Positions 8,088 to 17,771 of a stretch of DNA of 64,000 nt are shown here, in pieces. Position 1 is the first letter of the stretch. The number at the start of each line of letters is the position of its first letter. Source of the stretch: Spirochaetota bacterium. Lineage in GTDB: Bacteria; Spirochaetota; UBA4802; UBA5550. The notes beneath the pieces were generated by a model that was not told where the DNA came from, did not search any database, and saw only the letters and a program-made list of their open reading frames with translations. A program made the position numbers and the translations under genes. The stretch spans positions 384,001 to 448,000 of the forward strand of contig OY760686.1 of assembly GCA_963663865.1 (NCBI GenBank), written 5' to 3'.

Positions 8088-11000
8088 TCAGTCTATTATT
8101 AACCTGGATATCTCAACTTTATATGTGTTATAGACGTTTAAAGTCATTTTTCTGACGTTTTTTATGAGCTCTCTGTCTGTTGAACGCCTCTGAACATACT
8201 TTTCAATTTCTTCGAGCTGTTCGGCGATCCTGATGCCAATATTCTCAAGATCTCTGGAGACGCTTATTGATGAGGACGGGAGAATTCGCCTTTTCAGTCT
8301 TTTCAGCTCGTGTTCAATATTTTCTTCGTATTTTTCTTTTTGCTCTTTGTCCTTAATAAAACTGTTAACCATTGCCTCTGCTTCGTAAAGGAGGTTCGTT
8401 GTGTTCAACACTTCATACCGGGGTAATGGAGGCGAATATGGAAGAAATAAAAGTTCCGAAATTGGCTTCAGTGAATACACTCCGATAATGCTTGCGGAGG
8501 TATCAGGCTGAATAATGGTCTTTTTATCGAGAGGGAGCGACATCGTGTTTGCGAGGCGGTGGTGATTATAGTCTACTATTTCATCTCCAGCAAAGAAAGC
8601 GGTATCAGAGATAAGTTGGAAGGTTATTTCTGCATCTCTGCAGCTAAGCCTGTAGGCCTTTCTCGTTTCAAAATGCTCCAGTATTTCAATAGAAGATACA
8701 ACTGCTCTGAGAGGATCATCGTAATATGTAAGAATTTTAGATTCAGTATAGGCTGAGATTGATCCGCCATTCTTATTGACAATGCCATAAATAGTTGCTT
8801 TCAGATTGAGACTGTCATCAATCTTTTCTGAGGGATATAGATACTGTTTTGAAGAAAAGTTTGTATCAATAATCATCAGAAAGGTTTCCTTCTTCAAAAA
8901 GGTTTCTTCGAAAGCGTCTCTGGATTGAACGTCTTCAGTATCAGGCTGTTCGAATTTTTTAAACAGATTCACAATGAAGGAGTTGATTTCAATCAGATCA
9001 TCAGAGGGCACTTTAGCAATTGCATATGTAATATCTTTAGAAAGACCGTACTCCTGTTTGAGAAGCGAGATGAGGAAAAAGGAATACTCGAGGGATTGGA
9101 GCCCTTCAAGAATTATAAGAATATCCCTCTGAACTGAACGGTTTTTTATCACGAGCATGTCCCGTATCATCTTCAATGCTTCGTTGTCGCCCAGCTTAAT
9201 CAGATACAGACAGGAGTAGATTCTTACGCGGATACTTGAGTCCTTCAGGTACTCTTTAAGGTATCTGATGACGGTACGCTTGTTGAAATCAGCTATTCTG
9301 GTGAGGATTTCACCGATGGCTTTAACGCAGTTTTCCTTCATTTGGGAATCGGAGCTTGCGTGAAAAAAATCGTTGATAGTCTCTATCTCCGTCTCAAGTC
9401 CGCATTTCCCGAGTGCGGTAATTGCTTCAGCTACTATCCGGTTGTCTTTGTTGTTTTCAAGAACCTTCATTATAATCCGAAGAGCATTTGAGCTGTTTCT
9501 TATATCCCTTCCGCCTACAATCTGAATCGCTCTTTCCAGTGCTTCTCCATGAAGTGAAGAATTGGCGTTTATAAACTCAAGCAGGATATTAATGGATCTC
9601 TGGTCTGTGAATATGGAAATGAGATCAAGCGCTCGTTTTGTATCGTCGGGGTCGGGTGTAGAAATAAGAAGCTCAATCTCTCCGAGCATATATGAATAGT
9701 TTAGTTCCGAAAGGGTATTGACAATAGAAGACATTATTTTTTGATCAGGGTATTTTTTAAGATAGTTATAAATGTTGACCAGGGCGGATGCGGCGTCATT
9801 GATTTTTAGTTTTGCTATGATATGCGAAAGCCTGATAATTCTGTCCCTGAGGTAGCGCTTTTCAAAATCAATATCGTCGATCCTTAATGCGGAGTTCTCA
9901 CGTGATTTTCTGTCGTTATCAAAAAGAAGTTCTAAAAGTTTTTCAAGGCTCTTCTTATCTTCCTGTTCGATATGAGGCATGTATTTATTAAGCATTTCGA
10001 TAGTATGCCTTATCGAAGTAGAGTCTTCGCTGTTCAGTACATAAACCAGGTGCTTTTTAATCTCCGGGTTGAGCTTCTCAAGGATGAAAGAGCGTACGAT
10101 TCTAAAGTTCTCAGGAAAGCTCTTTTCAACAACATCTTTTATCATGAACTCGCGTCTGTAAGTCTCGAAATAGGATTCAAGGGTTACAACCATATAGCCG
10201 TAGAGCTTGTCCTTGAGAATATGATTTGTCCTGTTGTCACCCATCTTACCGAAGTACCTGACAAAAATATCCGCCAAAAGTCTGCTGTCATCTGTTGATT
10301 CAAGAGTCATCATTATGAGGGTTCTGAAGAGCTTATCCGGATCTTTTATCTTTTCAATATTCTGATATAGTGTTAAAAGCGTCATGTTAACAAGTTCTCT
10401 GTTGCCTGAAGTAAGAGCTCTTGTTATATAAATGATGGCTTCTCTGTGATTTGTTGTTATCATGCAGGCTATATAGATGTTTTTTGTTCTATTGGAAAAT
10501 ATATCAAATCTGGGGGATGTTTTTCCTAACAAAACTCTTATGTCGAGAATGAGCTTTTCTTCTGACTGTCCGGTCTGACCCTGTAGTGTTGATGAAACTG
10601 AAATCAGGCGTTTGTTTAAATTGTAAAGCGATATCAGCGCATTGTATGACAGAATGTCATTTCCTGATTTTAAAATGTCTTCATAAATAGACACAGTATT
10701 GAAAGAGGATAGGGCCTTAATTGCACAGGACTTAAATGTGTCGGGATATTCATCTGATCCGATAATTCCAAGAAGAAAATCGAGGACTTCGCCGGAACGG
10801 AAGCCAACTTCACGCAGGGCAGTAAAGGCGGAGTCCAGAATAACTGGACTTGTCTGGCCCGGGTCAAGCTTAATAATAAAATCAATGATTTCCGTAATGA
10901 GTTCCGGAGTTCCGAATCTGGAAATATGCCCCATTATAGAAACTGTTTCTGTTTCACACGGGTCTTTTTTGAGAATAGGAACAAGCTTATTTGTTATCTC

Positions 11001-11234
11001 CGGAAGGTCAAAACCTGTTAGAATATTAACCGCGCTTGCTCTGACAGGGCCTGTTTTATGAAGTTCTTTCTCGAGGACCGAGACAGAAGCGTTTGTTTTG
11101 TTCAGAGCCAGTACATTGTGCATAGCTATACGTTCATATGATTGCAGCTTGAAATTCTTGCTGATTTCGAGCTTGATTGTCTGTAAAAAATCCCTGTTTT
11201 GCACTTGAAAACTCCAGTAGTTATTATCATTCAT
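8088..11234 (-). CDS. Large HEAT/ARM-repeat protein with C-terminal degenerate class III cyclase-like domain
   Basis: HEAT-like repeats (AEAITALGKCG; YLKDSSIRVRIYSCLYLIKLG), then a cyclase-like segment and a coiled-coil tail (see findings). Confidence 0.7.
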   Translation of the reverse strand: MNDNNYWSFQVQNRDFLQTIKLEISKNFKLQSYERIAMHNVLALNKTNASVSVLEKELHKTGPVRASAVNILTGFDLPEITNKLVPILKKDPCETETVSIMGHISRFGTPELITEIIDFIIKLDPGQTSPVILDSAFTALREVGFRSGEVLDFLLGIIGSDEYPDTFKSCAIKALSSFNTVSIYEDILKSGNDILSYNALISLYNLNKRLISVSSTLQGQTGQSEEKLILDIRVLLGKTSPRFDIFSNRTKNIYIACMITTNHREAIIYITRALTSGNRELVNMTLLTLYQNIEKIKDPDKLFRTLIMMTLESTDDSRLLADIFVRYFGKMGDNRTNHILKDKLYGYMVVTLESYFETYRREFMIKDVVEKSFPENFRIVRSFILEKLNPEIKKHLVYVLNSEDSTSIRHTIEMLNKYMPHIEQEDKKSLEKLLELLFDNDRKSRENSALRIDDIDFEKRYLRDRIIRLSHIIAKLKINDAASALVNIYNYLKKYPDQKIMSSIVNTLSELNYSYMLGEIELLISTPDPDDTKRALDLISIFTDQRSINILLEFINANSSLHGEALERAIQIVGGRDIRNSSNALRIIMKVLENNKDNRIVAEAITALGKCGLETEIETINDFFHASSDSQMKENCVKAIGEILTRIADFNKRTVIRYLKEYLKDSSIRVRIYSCLYLIKLGDNEALKMIRDMLVIKNRSVQRDILIILEGLQSLEYSFFLISLLKQEYGLSKDITYAIAKVPSDDLIEINSFIVNLFKKFEQPDTEDVQSRDAFEETFLKKETFLMIIDTNFSSKQYLYPSEKIDDSLNLKATIYGIVNKNGGSISAYTESKILTYYDDPLRAVVSSIEILEHFETRKAYRLSCRDAEITFQLISDTAFFAGDEIVDYNHHRLANTMSLPLDKKTIIQPDTSASIIGVYSLKPISELLFLPYSPPLPRYEVLNTTNLLYEAEAMVNSFIKDKEQKEKYEENIEHELKRLKRRILPSSSISVSRDLENIGIRIAEQLEEIEKYVQRRSTDRELIKNVRKMTLNVYNTYKVEISRLIID

Positions 11235-11449
11235 TTTGAATATAGCATTACTCGAAAAGCAAGAAATTTATTGCAGGAAGAACTATTGACATTGTTAGAA
11301 TAAGTATCAATATATGGCCTGAATTCAATCAGGTGAAAAGCAATTGACTAATACGCTGGAATATGCACTAATACCCTAACTATGCTCTTAATTAGCCCTT
11401 TAGACCTGAGGGTGCGTAAGGGACTAACCATAATGGAAAGCGAGGTTTA

Positions 11450-12685
11450 ATGATGAAAAAAACAGCTGTATTACCGCTTCTACTTGCTGCCGGGCTCATG
11501 GCCGTTTCGTGCGGCGGAGGGAAGCAGGTCAAAGACTCATCAAAGGGGGCTTCGAGTGCGCCTTCAAACAGAGGTCAGGCGACGGGATATGCCACTATCT
11601 ATGATAATGATACTGCACTTGCGAGGGACCGTGCAACTCATGACGCAAAAAACAAACTGGTAATAAAGATTCTGGGTGAAACGGTAAAAGGAACCAGCGT
11701 CATGGAAAACTATGAGCTTGTATCCAACATAGTTGAGGCCAAGTCAGTCGGTCTCGTAAAAAATGATACTATCATCAAACACTGGCAGGAAGGGAATGTC
11801 TATAACGTCACCCTTGAAGGGACTGTTGAGGTAGCGGCCGTAGAAGATGCGATTCAGGATATATTGAATACTTATGGAAGACCCAAGTTCATGGTGCTCA
11901 TTCAGGAGAAGTTTGAGGGTAAAAACAATACACCCGGCATGACAGAGACTGAAATGATTATTCAGGAAATCATGGGAAATTCCGGTTTTGAGTTTGTGGA
12001 CGCCGCTATGACTCAGAGCCTTATCAGCAAAGAGCGCACAAAAATGAACAAAGCCATAAGCGGTAATGTGGATGAAGGTGTCCAGGAGATGCTGCTCAAC
12101 GATGTCGGGGCTGAGGTTATTGTTGTGGGTACTGCGGAAACTATGGATCAATCTTCCGCGATGAGCGCCTATGCGAAGAATATGAAATCGAAATCAGCAA
12201 TCGTTAGACTAAAGGCCATTGATGTTTATACAGGAAAGATTATCGCATCAATAAGCAGAAACGCTCCGGGAATCCACATTGAGAGCACAACCGCGTCAAA
12301 AAAAGCGATAGAAAATGTATTTAAACAGATTCTGGGTAAAACAGATGCCGACAGCGGAGAGTTCAAGATGGGACCCTTCATGTCAACAATTACCAACAAA
12401 TTTGTTAAAGCCGCCAATGAAAGGCAAATCAACGTGCTTATCAGCGGACTTGATTACACAGGACTTAAGGATTTCAGGAATGCCGTTCAGCAGCGTATAA
12501 GAGGAGTCAAATCGGTTAACTCTAAAGGTCAGGCCGGTAAGCTTTCGAAAGTAGAGATATACTTTGCCGGAAAGACAAATGATCTTGCTGATGAGCTTCT
12601 TGCAAAAGCTGAAAATCTCGGTTTTGCAATCAAGGTAAATGAAAGCTATCCTAACAAGCTTATTCTGGATGTAAAAAAGAAGTAG
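11450..12685 (+). CDS. LipL46-like lipoprotein (FlgT-N-like N-terminal domain)
   Basis: Lipobox AVSC. ATGYATIYDNDTALARDRA..DAK, GRPKFMVLI, GAEVIVVG..T.DQ and YFAGK..LADEL recall leptospiral LipL46, and the length is similar. Confidence 0.7.
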   Translation: MMKKTAVLPLLLAAGLMAVSCGGGKQVKDSSKGASSAPSNRGQATGYATIYDNDTALARDRATHDAKNKLVIKILGETVKGTSVMENYELVSNIVEAKSVGLVKNDTIIKHWQEGNVYNVTLEGTVEVAAVEDAIQDILNTYGRPKFMVLIQEKFEGKNNTPGMTETEMIIQEIMGNSGFEFVDAAMTQSLISKERTKMNKAISGNVDEGVQEMLLNDVGAEVIVVGTAETMDQSSAMSAYAKNMKSKSAIVRLKAIDVYTGKIIASISRNAPGIHIESTTASKKAIENVFKQILGKTDADSGEFKMGPFMSTITNKFVKAANERQINVLISGLDYTGLKDFRNAVQQRIRGVKSVNSKGQAGKLSKVEIYFAGKTNDLADELLAKAENLGFAIKVNESYPNKLILDVKKK

Positions 12686-12703
12686 ATAAAAGGACTATAA
12701 TTT

Positions 12704-12730
12704 GAAGGCCCCGGATTGGCCGGGGCCTTC
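12704..12730 (+). terminator. Strong hairpin downstream of the LipL46-like gene
   Basis: GAAGGCCCCGG-attgg-CCGGGGCCTTC forms a perfect 11-bp stem. The U-tract is weak. Confidence 0.7.
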
Positions 12731-12869
12731 ATCATTCCGGACTGAGTTTTCAATGTTTTTGACCCGTACGAAATAGAGACTTGCCTTTGTTTTGATCATG
12801 TGTTATCTTTTTTCCGAACTTTCACAGTGCTTACGATCCAGTGTGAAAAAATGCCGTGGGCAGGTTTAT

Positions 12870-13226
12870 ATGAGGAGAAGAGAAGGGAAAAGGGTTTCGT
12901 TTCATGTTCAGGCCGCTGTTGACTTTTCAGGAAAAAACCTTTTGTGTGAGGTTGGCAATATCAGCACGAGAGGGATGTTTATCCTTTCCAGCGAACGAAT
13001 TCCACTGAACAGCGTTCTTGATATTTCAATTCTTCTTTCCGGTGATACCTCGGTGTCTGAGGTTAATCTCCACGGAATTGTGATAAGAAAGGAGTCAGAA
13101 GGTATCGCTGTTCTTTTTACCCGGACTGATCTTGAAACATTCGTTTTTCTGAAAAACATTGTGGCTTTCAACGAGGATAGCTCTGTTCAGGATCAACAGA
13201 GTCATTTTGATGATATTACAGTGTAG
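12870..13226 (+). CDS. Stand-alone PilZ domain protein (c-di-GMP receptor)
   Basis: RxxxR (REGKR) and D/NxSxxG (NISTRG) are intact. ATG 12870 (ORF track 12792). Confidence 0.9.
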   Translation: MRRREGKRVSFHVQAAVDFSGKNLLCEVGNISTRGMFILSSERIPLNSVLDISILLSGDTSVSEVNLHGIVIRKESEGIAVLFTRTDLETFVFLKNIVAFNEDSSVQDQQSHFDDITV

Positions 13227-13253
13227 CAGGCGGTTTTTGATAAAGGGGTATGT

Positions 13254-14177
13254 ATGCTCAGGAGCATGATAGAAGATGTATTCAAAGCTGTTGTCAAAGC
13301 AAATCTTCGTGAAGATAGAGAAGCGATTCCTCACTCAGACGCATTTTTTAAGCGTTACACCGCTTCAACCGGGATAGATCAGGATTCACTTTCACAGATA
13401 ATATCCATTCTGAAAGAATCTCACAAAATACTCGCCTTTGAAATTCAGAAAGAAGATCGCAACAAGAATATGCCAAAGATAGAAGGTTATGTTGATGCTG
13501 ATGTGACCACGGTTAGAAAGCTTCTCGTCTTCTTTCAGACCCTTCTTGTTGATCTCTATGAAGAGGAGTCCGGACGCCGCCAGATGCCTCACCTTGTAAT
13601 AAAAGAGCTTTTCCCCAGAATACACATGATAAGCAATACGCCTCTGGGTCATATCGCCAACAAGGCTATTATGCTCGACGAGTATGAGAAATTGCTTCAG
13701 AAGAACTTCAATGAGTTCAGCGAGGAATGGAAGGAAAAGAAGCTGAAAGTACTTATTGAAGAGCGCGGCGATACTATTAACTCTAACAGGCAGAAGAAAG
13801 AAGCGGAAGCAAGGGCTGAAAGGGAAAAGAGGGAAGAAGAGGAGAAGGAAAAGGAAAAATCAAGGCGGGCTGTTGATTCCGCGCAGTTTAAGGATTACAG
13901 CGACAAGAAGGCCGATCTTCCTGTGGAAAGGCTTTTAAATATTTACGGTGTGGAGTTTTTTTTAAGAGTACATTTGAGAAAATACGACTTTGTAATGATA
14001 AAGGATATCATAGAAAAAGGTATTATCAGAAAAAAGGAAGACCTGCAAATGGTTAAAGCTATGATTCAGAAGATCAGAAACAATGTTGAAAATGATACTG
14101 GAATCACCGATCATCTTTCAGATCTGTACCGTCTCGACCGGGTAGTCTCGCTTTATATGCATTCGTCAGTAAGATGA
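13254..14177 (+). CDS. Hypothetical cytoplasmic protein with a charged coiled-coil linker
   Basis: 307-aa ORF with RBS (AAGGGG) and an E/K/R-rich central segment. No family recognised. Confidence 0.75.
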   Translation: MLRSMIEDVFKAVVKANLREDREAIPHSDAFFKRYTASTGIDQDSLSQIISILKESHKILAFEIQKEDRNKNMPKIEGYVDADVTTVRKLLVFFQTLLVDLYEEESGRRQMPHLVIKELFPRIHMISNTPLGHIANKAIMLDEYEKLLQKNFNEFSEEWKEKKLKVLIEERGDTINSNRQKKEAEARAEREKREEEEKEKEKSRRAVDSAQFKDYSDKKADLPVERLLNIYGVEFFLRVHLRKYDFVMIKDIIEKGIIRKKEDLQMVKAMIQKIRNNVENDTGITDHLSDLYRLDRVVSLYMHSSVR

Positions 14178-14361
14178 CAGAACATAAGGGTTGCGTGCCT
14201 GCAGCGGTTAATATCCCCCCCAAAAAAAGAATAAAAAGAAAATAATTTGACACAATTGCGGACTGCTGTGATTTCTAACACAGCAGTAAAATATTAACTA
14301 AAAGAACGTGAGAACGGATCCGGCATTCTTAACGAACCAGCCTCCGTAATAGATAAGGGAA

Positions 14362-15864
14362 ATGAATATGGAAGACACAAACTCATTGATCAAAATCCGA
14401 ATGGATAAATTAAAAGAGATTCGCGAATCTGGAGTAAATCCATATCCCTACAGGTTTGATGTAACTCATTACTCCGATGTTATAAAAACCAGTTACGAAA
14501 GTCTTTTTGAATCGGCAGAGAGGGTTTCAGTCGCTGGACGTATTATGGCTCATCGGATAATGGGAAAGGCGAGCTTCTGCACGATACAGGACATGAAGGG
14601 AAGAATTCAGCTTTATATTGCGGAAAAAGCGATTGGCCCGGAGATGTATTCTCTATTTAAAAAACTTGATCTCGGTGATATTGTTGGCGTCAGCGGAATA
14701 GTAAAAAAAACACAGGTTGGTGAGATAACCGTCTATATCGACAATCTGACTCTTCTGTGTAAGAACATCAGACCGCTTCCAGTTGTTAAAGAAAAGGATG
14801 GAGAGGTCTTTGACGCGTTTGCAGATACTGAATTGCGTTACCGAAACAGACATGTTGATCTTATTGTAACCCCCGGTGTGAAAGACACCTTTGAAAAGAG
14901 AATCAAGATAATACGGAGCATTAAACGTATTCTTGATTCAAAAAACTTCTATGAGGTTGAGACTCCGGTTCTACAGCCTATATACGGGGGGGCCGCGGCT
15001 TCACCTTTTACAACGCATCATAATGCCCTGGATATGAAGCTGTACATGCGGATTTCTCTCGAGCCGTATCTGAAACGGCTTATTGTAGGGGGCTTCGACC
15101 GTGTCTTTGAGATTGGAAAGTGTTTCAGGAACGAAGGAATTGACAGGACTCACAACCCGGAGTTTACGCTGCTTGAACTATATCAGGCCTATGCTGATTA
15201 TGAGGACATGATGAAACTCACTGAAGAGCTCTTTGAAAAGACCTCACTTGAGATAAATGGTACAACCCGGGTTGTTTTTAACGGAAAAGAAGTGGATATT
15301 AAAACCCCATGGAGACGAATGAAGGTTGTCGATGGTTTGAAGGAATATGCTTCTATTGATGTCGAAACAATGTCTGATTCAGAACTCGCCGGAGCAGTCA
15401 CTGAACATGGCGGGCAGATTAAGGGTGATTTCTCGAGAGGTCTCGCTATTGATGCGCTTTTTCAGCTGCTTGTGGAGGATAAGCTCGATGGGCCGGTTTT
15501 TGTCACGCATCAGCCTGTTGAGACAACTCCTCTGTGTAAGCCGGATTACGAAGATGATCGATATCTCCAGCGTTTTGAGGTCTTTATCGCCGGGACAGAG
15601 TTTGCAAATGCTTACAGTGAGTCAAATGATCCAGTTTTTCAGAGAAAAACCCTTTATGAGCAGTCTCTTCGAAGAGATGTTGATGATGAAGCCCCGCCGA
15701 TGGACGAGAACTTTGTTCAGGCAATTGAAACCGGAATGCCCCCGACAGGAGGGCTTGGTATCGGCGTTGACAGGTTTGTAATGCTTATGACTGGTGAGTC
15801 TTCAATCAGGGATGTCCTGCTGTTTCCTACAATGCGGATTGGGCAGCAGCAATTCGGTGAATGA
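14362..15864 (+). CDS. lysS: Lysine--tRNA ligase (class II)
   Basis: OB-fold (RIMGKASF..IQD..GRIQ), motif 2 FRNEGID.THNPEF and motif 3 GMPPTGGLGIGVDR. Confidence 0.98.
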   Translation: MNMEDTNSLIKIRMDKLKEIRESGVNPYPYRFDVTHYSDVIKTSYESLFESAERVSVAGRIMAHRIMGKASFCTIQDMKGRIQLYIAEKAIGPEMYSLFKKLDLGDIVGVSGIVKKTQVGEITVYIDNLTLLCKNIRPLPVVKEKDGEVFDAFADTELRYRNRHVDLIVTPGVKDTFEKRIKIIRSIKRILDSKNFYEVETPVLQPIYGGAAASPFTTHHNALDMKLYMRISLEPYLKRLIVGGFDRVFEIGKCFRNEGIDRTHNPEFTLLELYQAYADYEDMMKLTEELFEKTSLEINGTTRVVFNGKEVDIKTPWRRMKVVDGLKEYASIDVETMSDSELAGAVTEHGGQIKGDFSRGLAIDALFQLLVEDKLDGPVFVTHQPVETTPLCKPDYEDDRYLQRFEVFIAGTEFANAYSESNDPVFQRKTLYEQSLRRDVDDEAPPMDENFVQAIETGMPPTGGLGIGVDRFVMLMTGESSIRDVLLFPTMRIGQQQFGE

Positions 15865-15877
15865 AGCTTGAAGTTAT

Positions 15878-16075
15878 TCATGCTTTGAATGAGACGTACT
15901 TTTTTGCTATCTGAAGAATGTCATCATACTCAAGATCCATCTGGTTTACCAGAATGGTGCTTACGAACTCATTCATCTCGTGGGTCTGGCCCGCATTTTT
16001 TAGCGAAGAGATGGTCAGCCCGATAAGGTGTGAAGAAACAGCCATCTCCGGAAGCTTGCATGCTGGTTTTTTCAT
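15878..16075 (-). CDS. Small hypothetical protein (65 aa)
   Basis: Strong RBS GGAGGTT upstream. Helical sequence ..LIG...SLKNAG..EF.....YDDILQIAKKYV. Confidence 0.7.
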   Translation of the reverse strand: MKKPACKLPEMAVSSHLIGLTISSLKNAGQTHEMNEFVSTILVNQMDLEYDDILQIAKKYVSFKA

Positions 16076-16263
16076 GATGTAACCTCCGTTTGGGTGCCGT
16101 GCTTAATCTGGGTAATATGCCCATAAATCAGAAGTATAGTAACCGATATTTCTGATCAGTCAACCATTAATCTTTTGTTTTTATGTGTTTATATAAATTT
16201 GAGTCAAATGTGTTTCTGTGAGCATTCTGTTTCTCCTAACTTATAAGCAGCAGGAGTGAAGAA

Positions 16264-16896
16264 ATGAGAATTGAATTAGAAGAAAATGGACCCTTTCAGG
16301 TAAATACCTATCTTGTGATGAATGAGGAAAGGGGAGAATGCGTTGTAATTGATCCAGGTTTTGCTTTTCCCAGGCTGGTAAAAATAATAGAGGAAGAAAA
16401 GCTTAAGCTTTCTGCGATTATATCGACTCACGGACATATCGACCACATTGAAGGAGTCTCAGCGTTAAAAAAACAGACCGGAGCAGCCTATTACGCGCCT
16501 CTTGGAGACGAGTATCTGATTCGGTCGGCTGGCGAACAGGCGAGGCTTTTTGGTTTAAAGAAGCCGGAAGTGATAATGCCGGATTATGATCTCAAAGACG
16601 GCGATGAATTAAATCTTGCCGGGTTTGAGATAAGGGTGCTTCATACACCGGGGCATTCCAGGGGCTCTGTGTCTCTGGTTATTGGTTCCAACGTGTTTAC
16701 CGGAGATGTTCTATTCATGGACTCAATCGGTAGAACGGACCTGCCTGGCGGGGATTACCATTGTTTGAACCGAACCATAATAGAGAAGCTGTTTTCACTT
16801 GATCCTAAAACCAGGGTATTTCCCGGGCACGGCCCGGCGACAACAATTGGGCGGGAAAAGGAGCACAATCCTTTTTTTAATATGCCGCTGTACTGA
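16264..16896 (+). CDS. MBL-fold metallo-hydrolase (glyoxalase II/YcbL-like)
   Basis: THGHIDH, HTPGHS, FTGDVLF, GRTDLPGG and PGHG motifs. Confidence 0.95.
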   Translation: MRIELEENGPFQVNTYLVMNEERGECVVIDPGFAFPRLVKIIEEEKLKLSAIISTHGHIDHIEGVSALKKQTGAAYYAPLGDEYLIRSAGEQARLFGLKKPEVIMPDYDLKDGDELNLAGFEIRVLHTPGHSRGSVSLVIGSNVFTGDVLFMDSIGRTDLPGGDYHCLNRTIIEKLFSLDPKTRVFPGHGPATTIGREKEHNPFFNMPLY

Positions 16897-16900
16897 ATAA

Positions 16901-17230
16901 TTAAAAATCCCGTACAGCTGAATCTACCGTATCGTATGTTTTTATGACTGATGATACTTTTGTAAGTTCGAGTATGTTTATTATTTCCAGACAGGCACCC
17001 GCAATTCTCACCCGGCTTTTTAAAAGCTGGCTCAAGCTTAGAAAAATGCCTATTCCGGAGCTGGTTATCATGGAAACCGGGGAAAGATCAAGAACCAGCT
17101 TCGTAATCTGATTTTCGTTTACAGCATCAATCAGCTTTTCCTTAAGTTCCGGGATATCAAGGGTTTGAATCTCACGGGAAACTATTTTTATAATGTAAAG
17201 GCCTTTGCCCCTGTCGATTAGTTCAAGCAT
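16901..17230 (-). CDS. STAS domain anti-anti-sigma factor
   Basis: LVLDLSPVSMITSSGIG, 109 aa, RBS GGAGG. Confidence 0.88.
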   Translation of the reverse strand: MLELIDRGKGLYIIKIVSREIQTLDIPELKEKLIDAVNENQITKLVLDLSPVSMITSSGIGIFLSLSQLLKSRVRIAGACLEIINILELTKVSSVIKTYDTVDSAVRDF

Positions 17231-17270
17231 TGTTCCTCCCGAAAGATGGTGTTTTTGTTATTAACCGATA

Positions 17271-17546
17271 TTAGAACAGGTAATCCCCGTAAATTCTTCC
17301 AGTGTATTCTTCAATTGAAATGGACTGAATATTTCCATAAAACCGTATTAGACTTGGATTTGCTTTCAGTGCGTTCACGTAGGCTTCTGTTTCCTGCCTG
17401 GAATCGGTATTAAGAAGTACCTCAACCGTACCATCGGGAAGGTTCGAAGCTGCGCCATGAATTCCTGCGGCTCTTGCGTACATGGAGCAGTACCCTCTGC
17501 AGCATACACCCTGTACTCTGCCCCTCAATATTAGCTTTTTCGGCAT
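17271..17546 (-). CDS. acyP: Acylphosphatase
   Basis: GRVQGVxxR and NLPDGTVEV, with catalytic Arg and Asn present. Confidence 0.9.
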   Translation of the reverse strand: MPKKLILRGRVQGVCCRGYCSMYARAAGIHGAASNLPDGTVEVLLNTDSRQETEAYVNALKANPSLIRFYGNIQSISIEEYTGRIYGDYLF

Positions 17547-17771
17547 AAATATCCCTGAATATTAAATGAAATATGATCAGAATACAATGAATATAAAGAA
17601 AGAGAAGATTTCAACGAGTAAAAAAAGAAAATTAAATTAGCTGCAATTATTTATTATTCCTGATTCAATTTTTAGAATAGAACAGTTTACAGTTAATAAT
17701 TGGTCAGGCAATTTAGAAAATAGCTTTACACGGGGTTGTTTGATGAAAAGAAATATTTTCAGAGTGAAAAA

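Noticed and set aside
13780-13865. Purine-rich low-complexity tract
   Set aside because: It simply encodes the E/K/R-rich coiled coil of the 307-aa protein.
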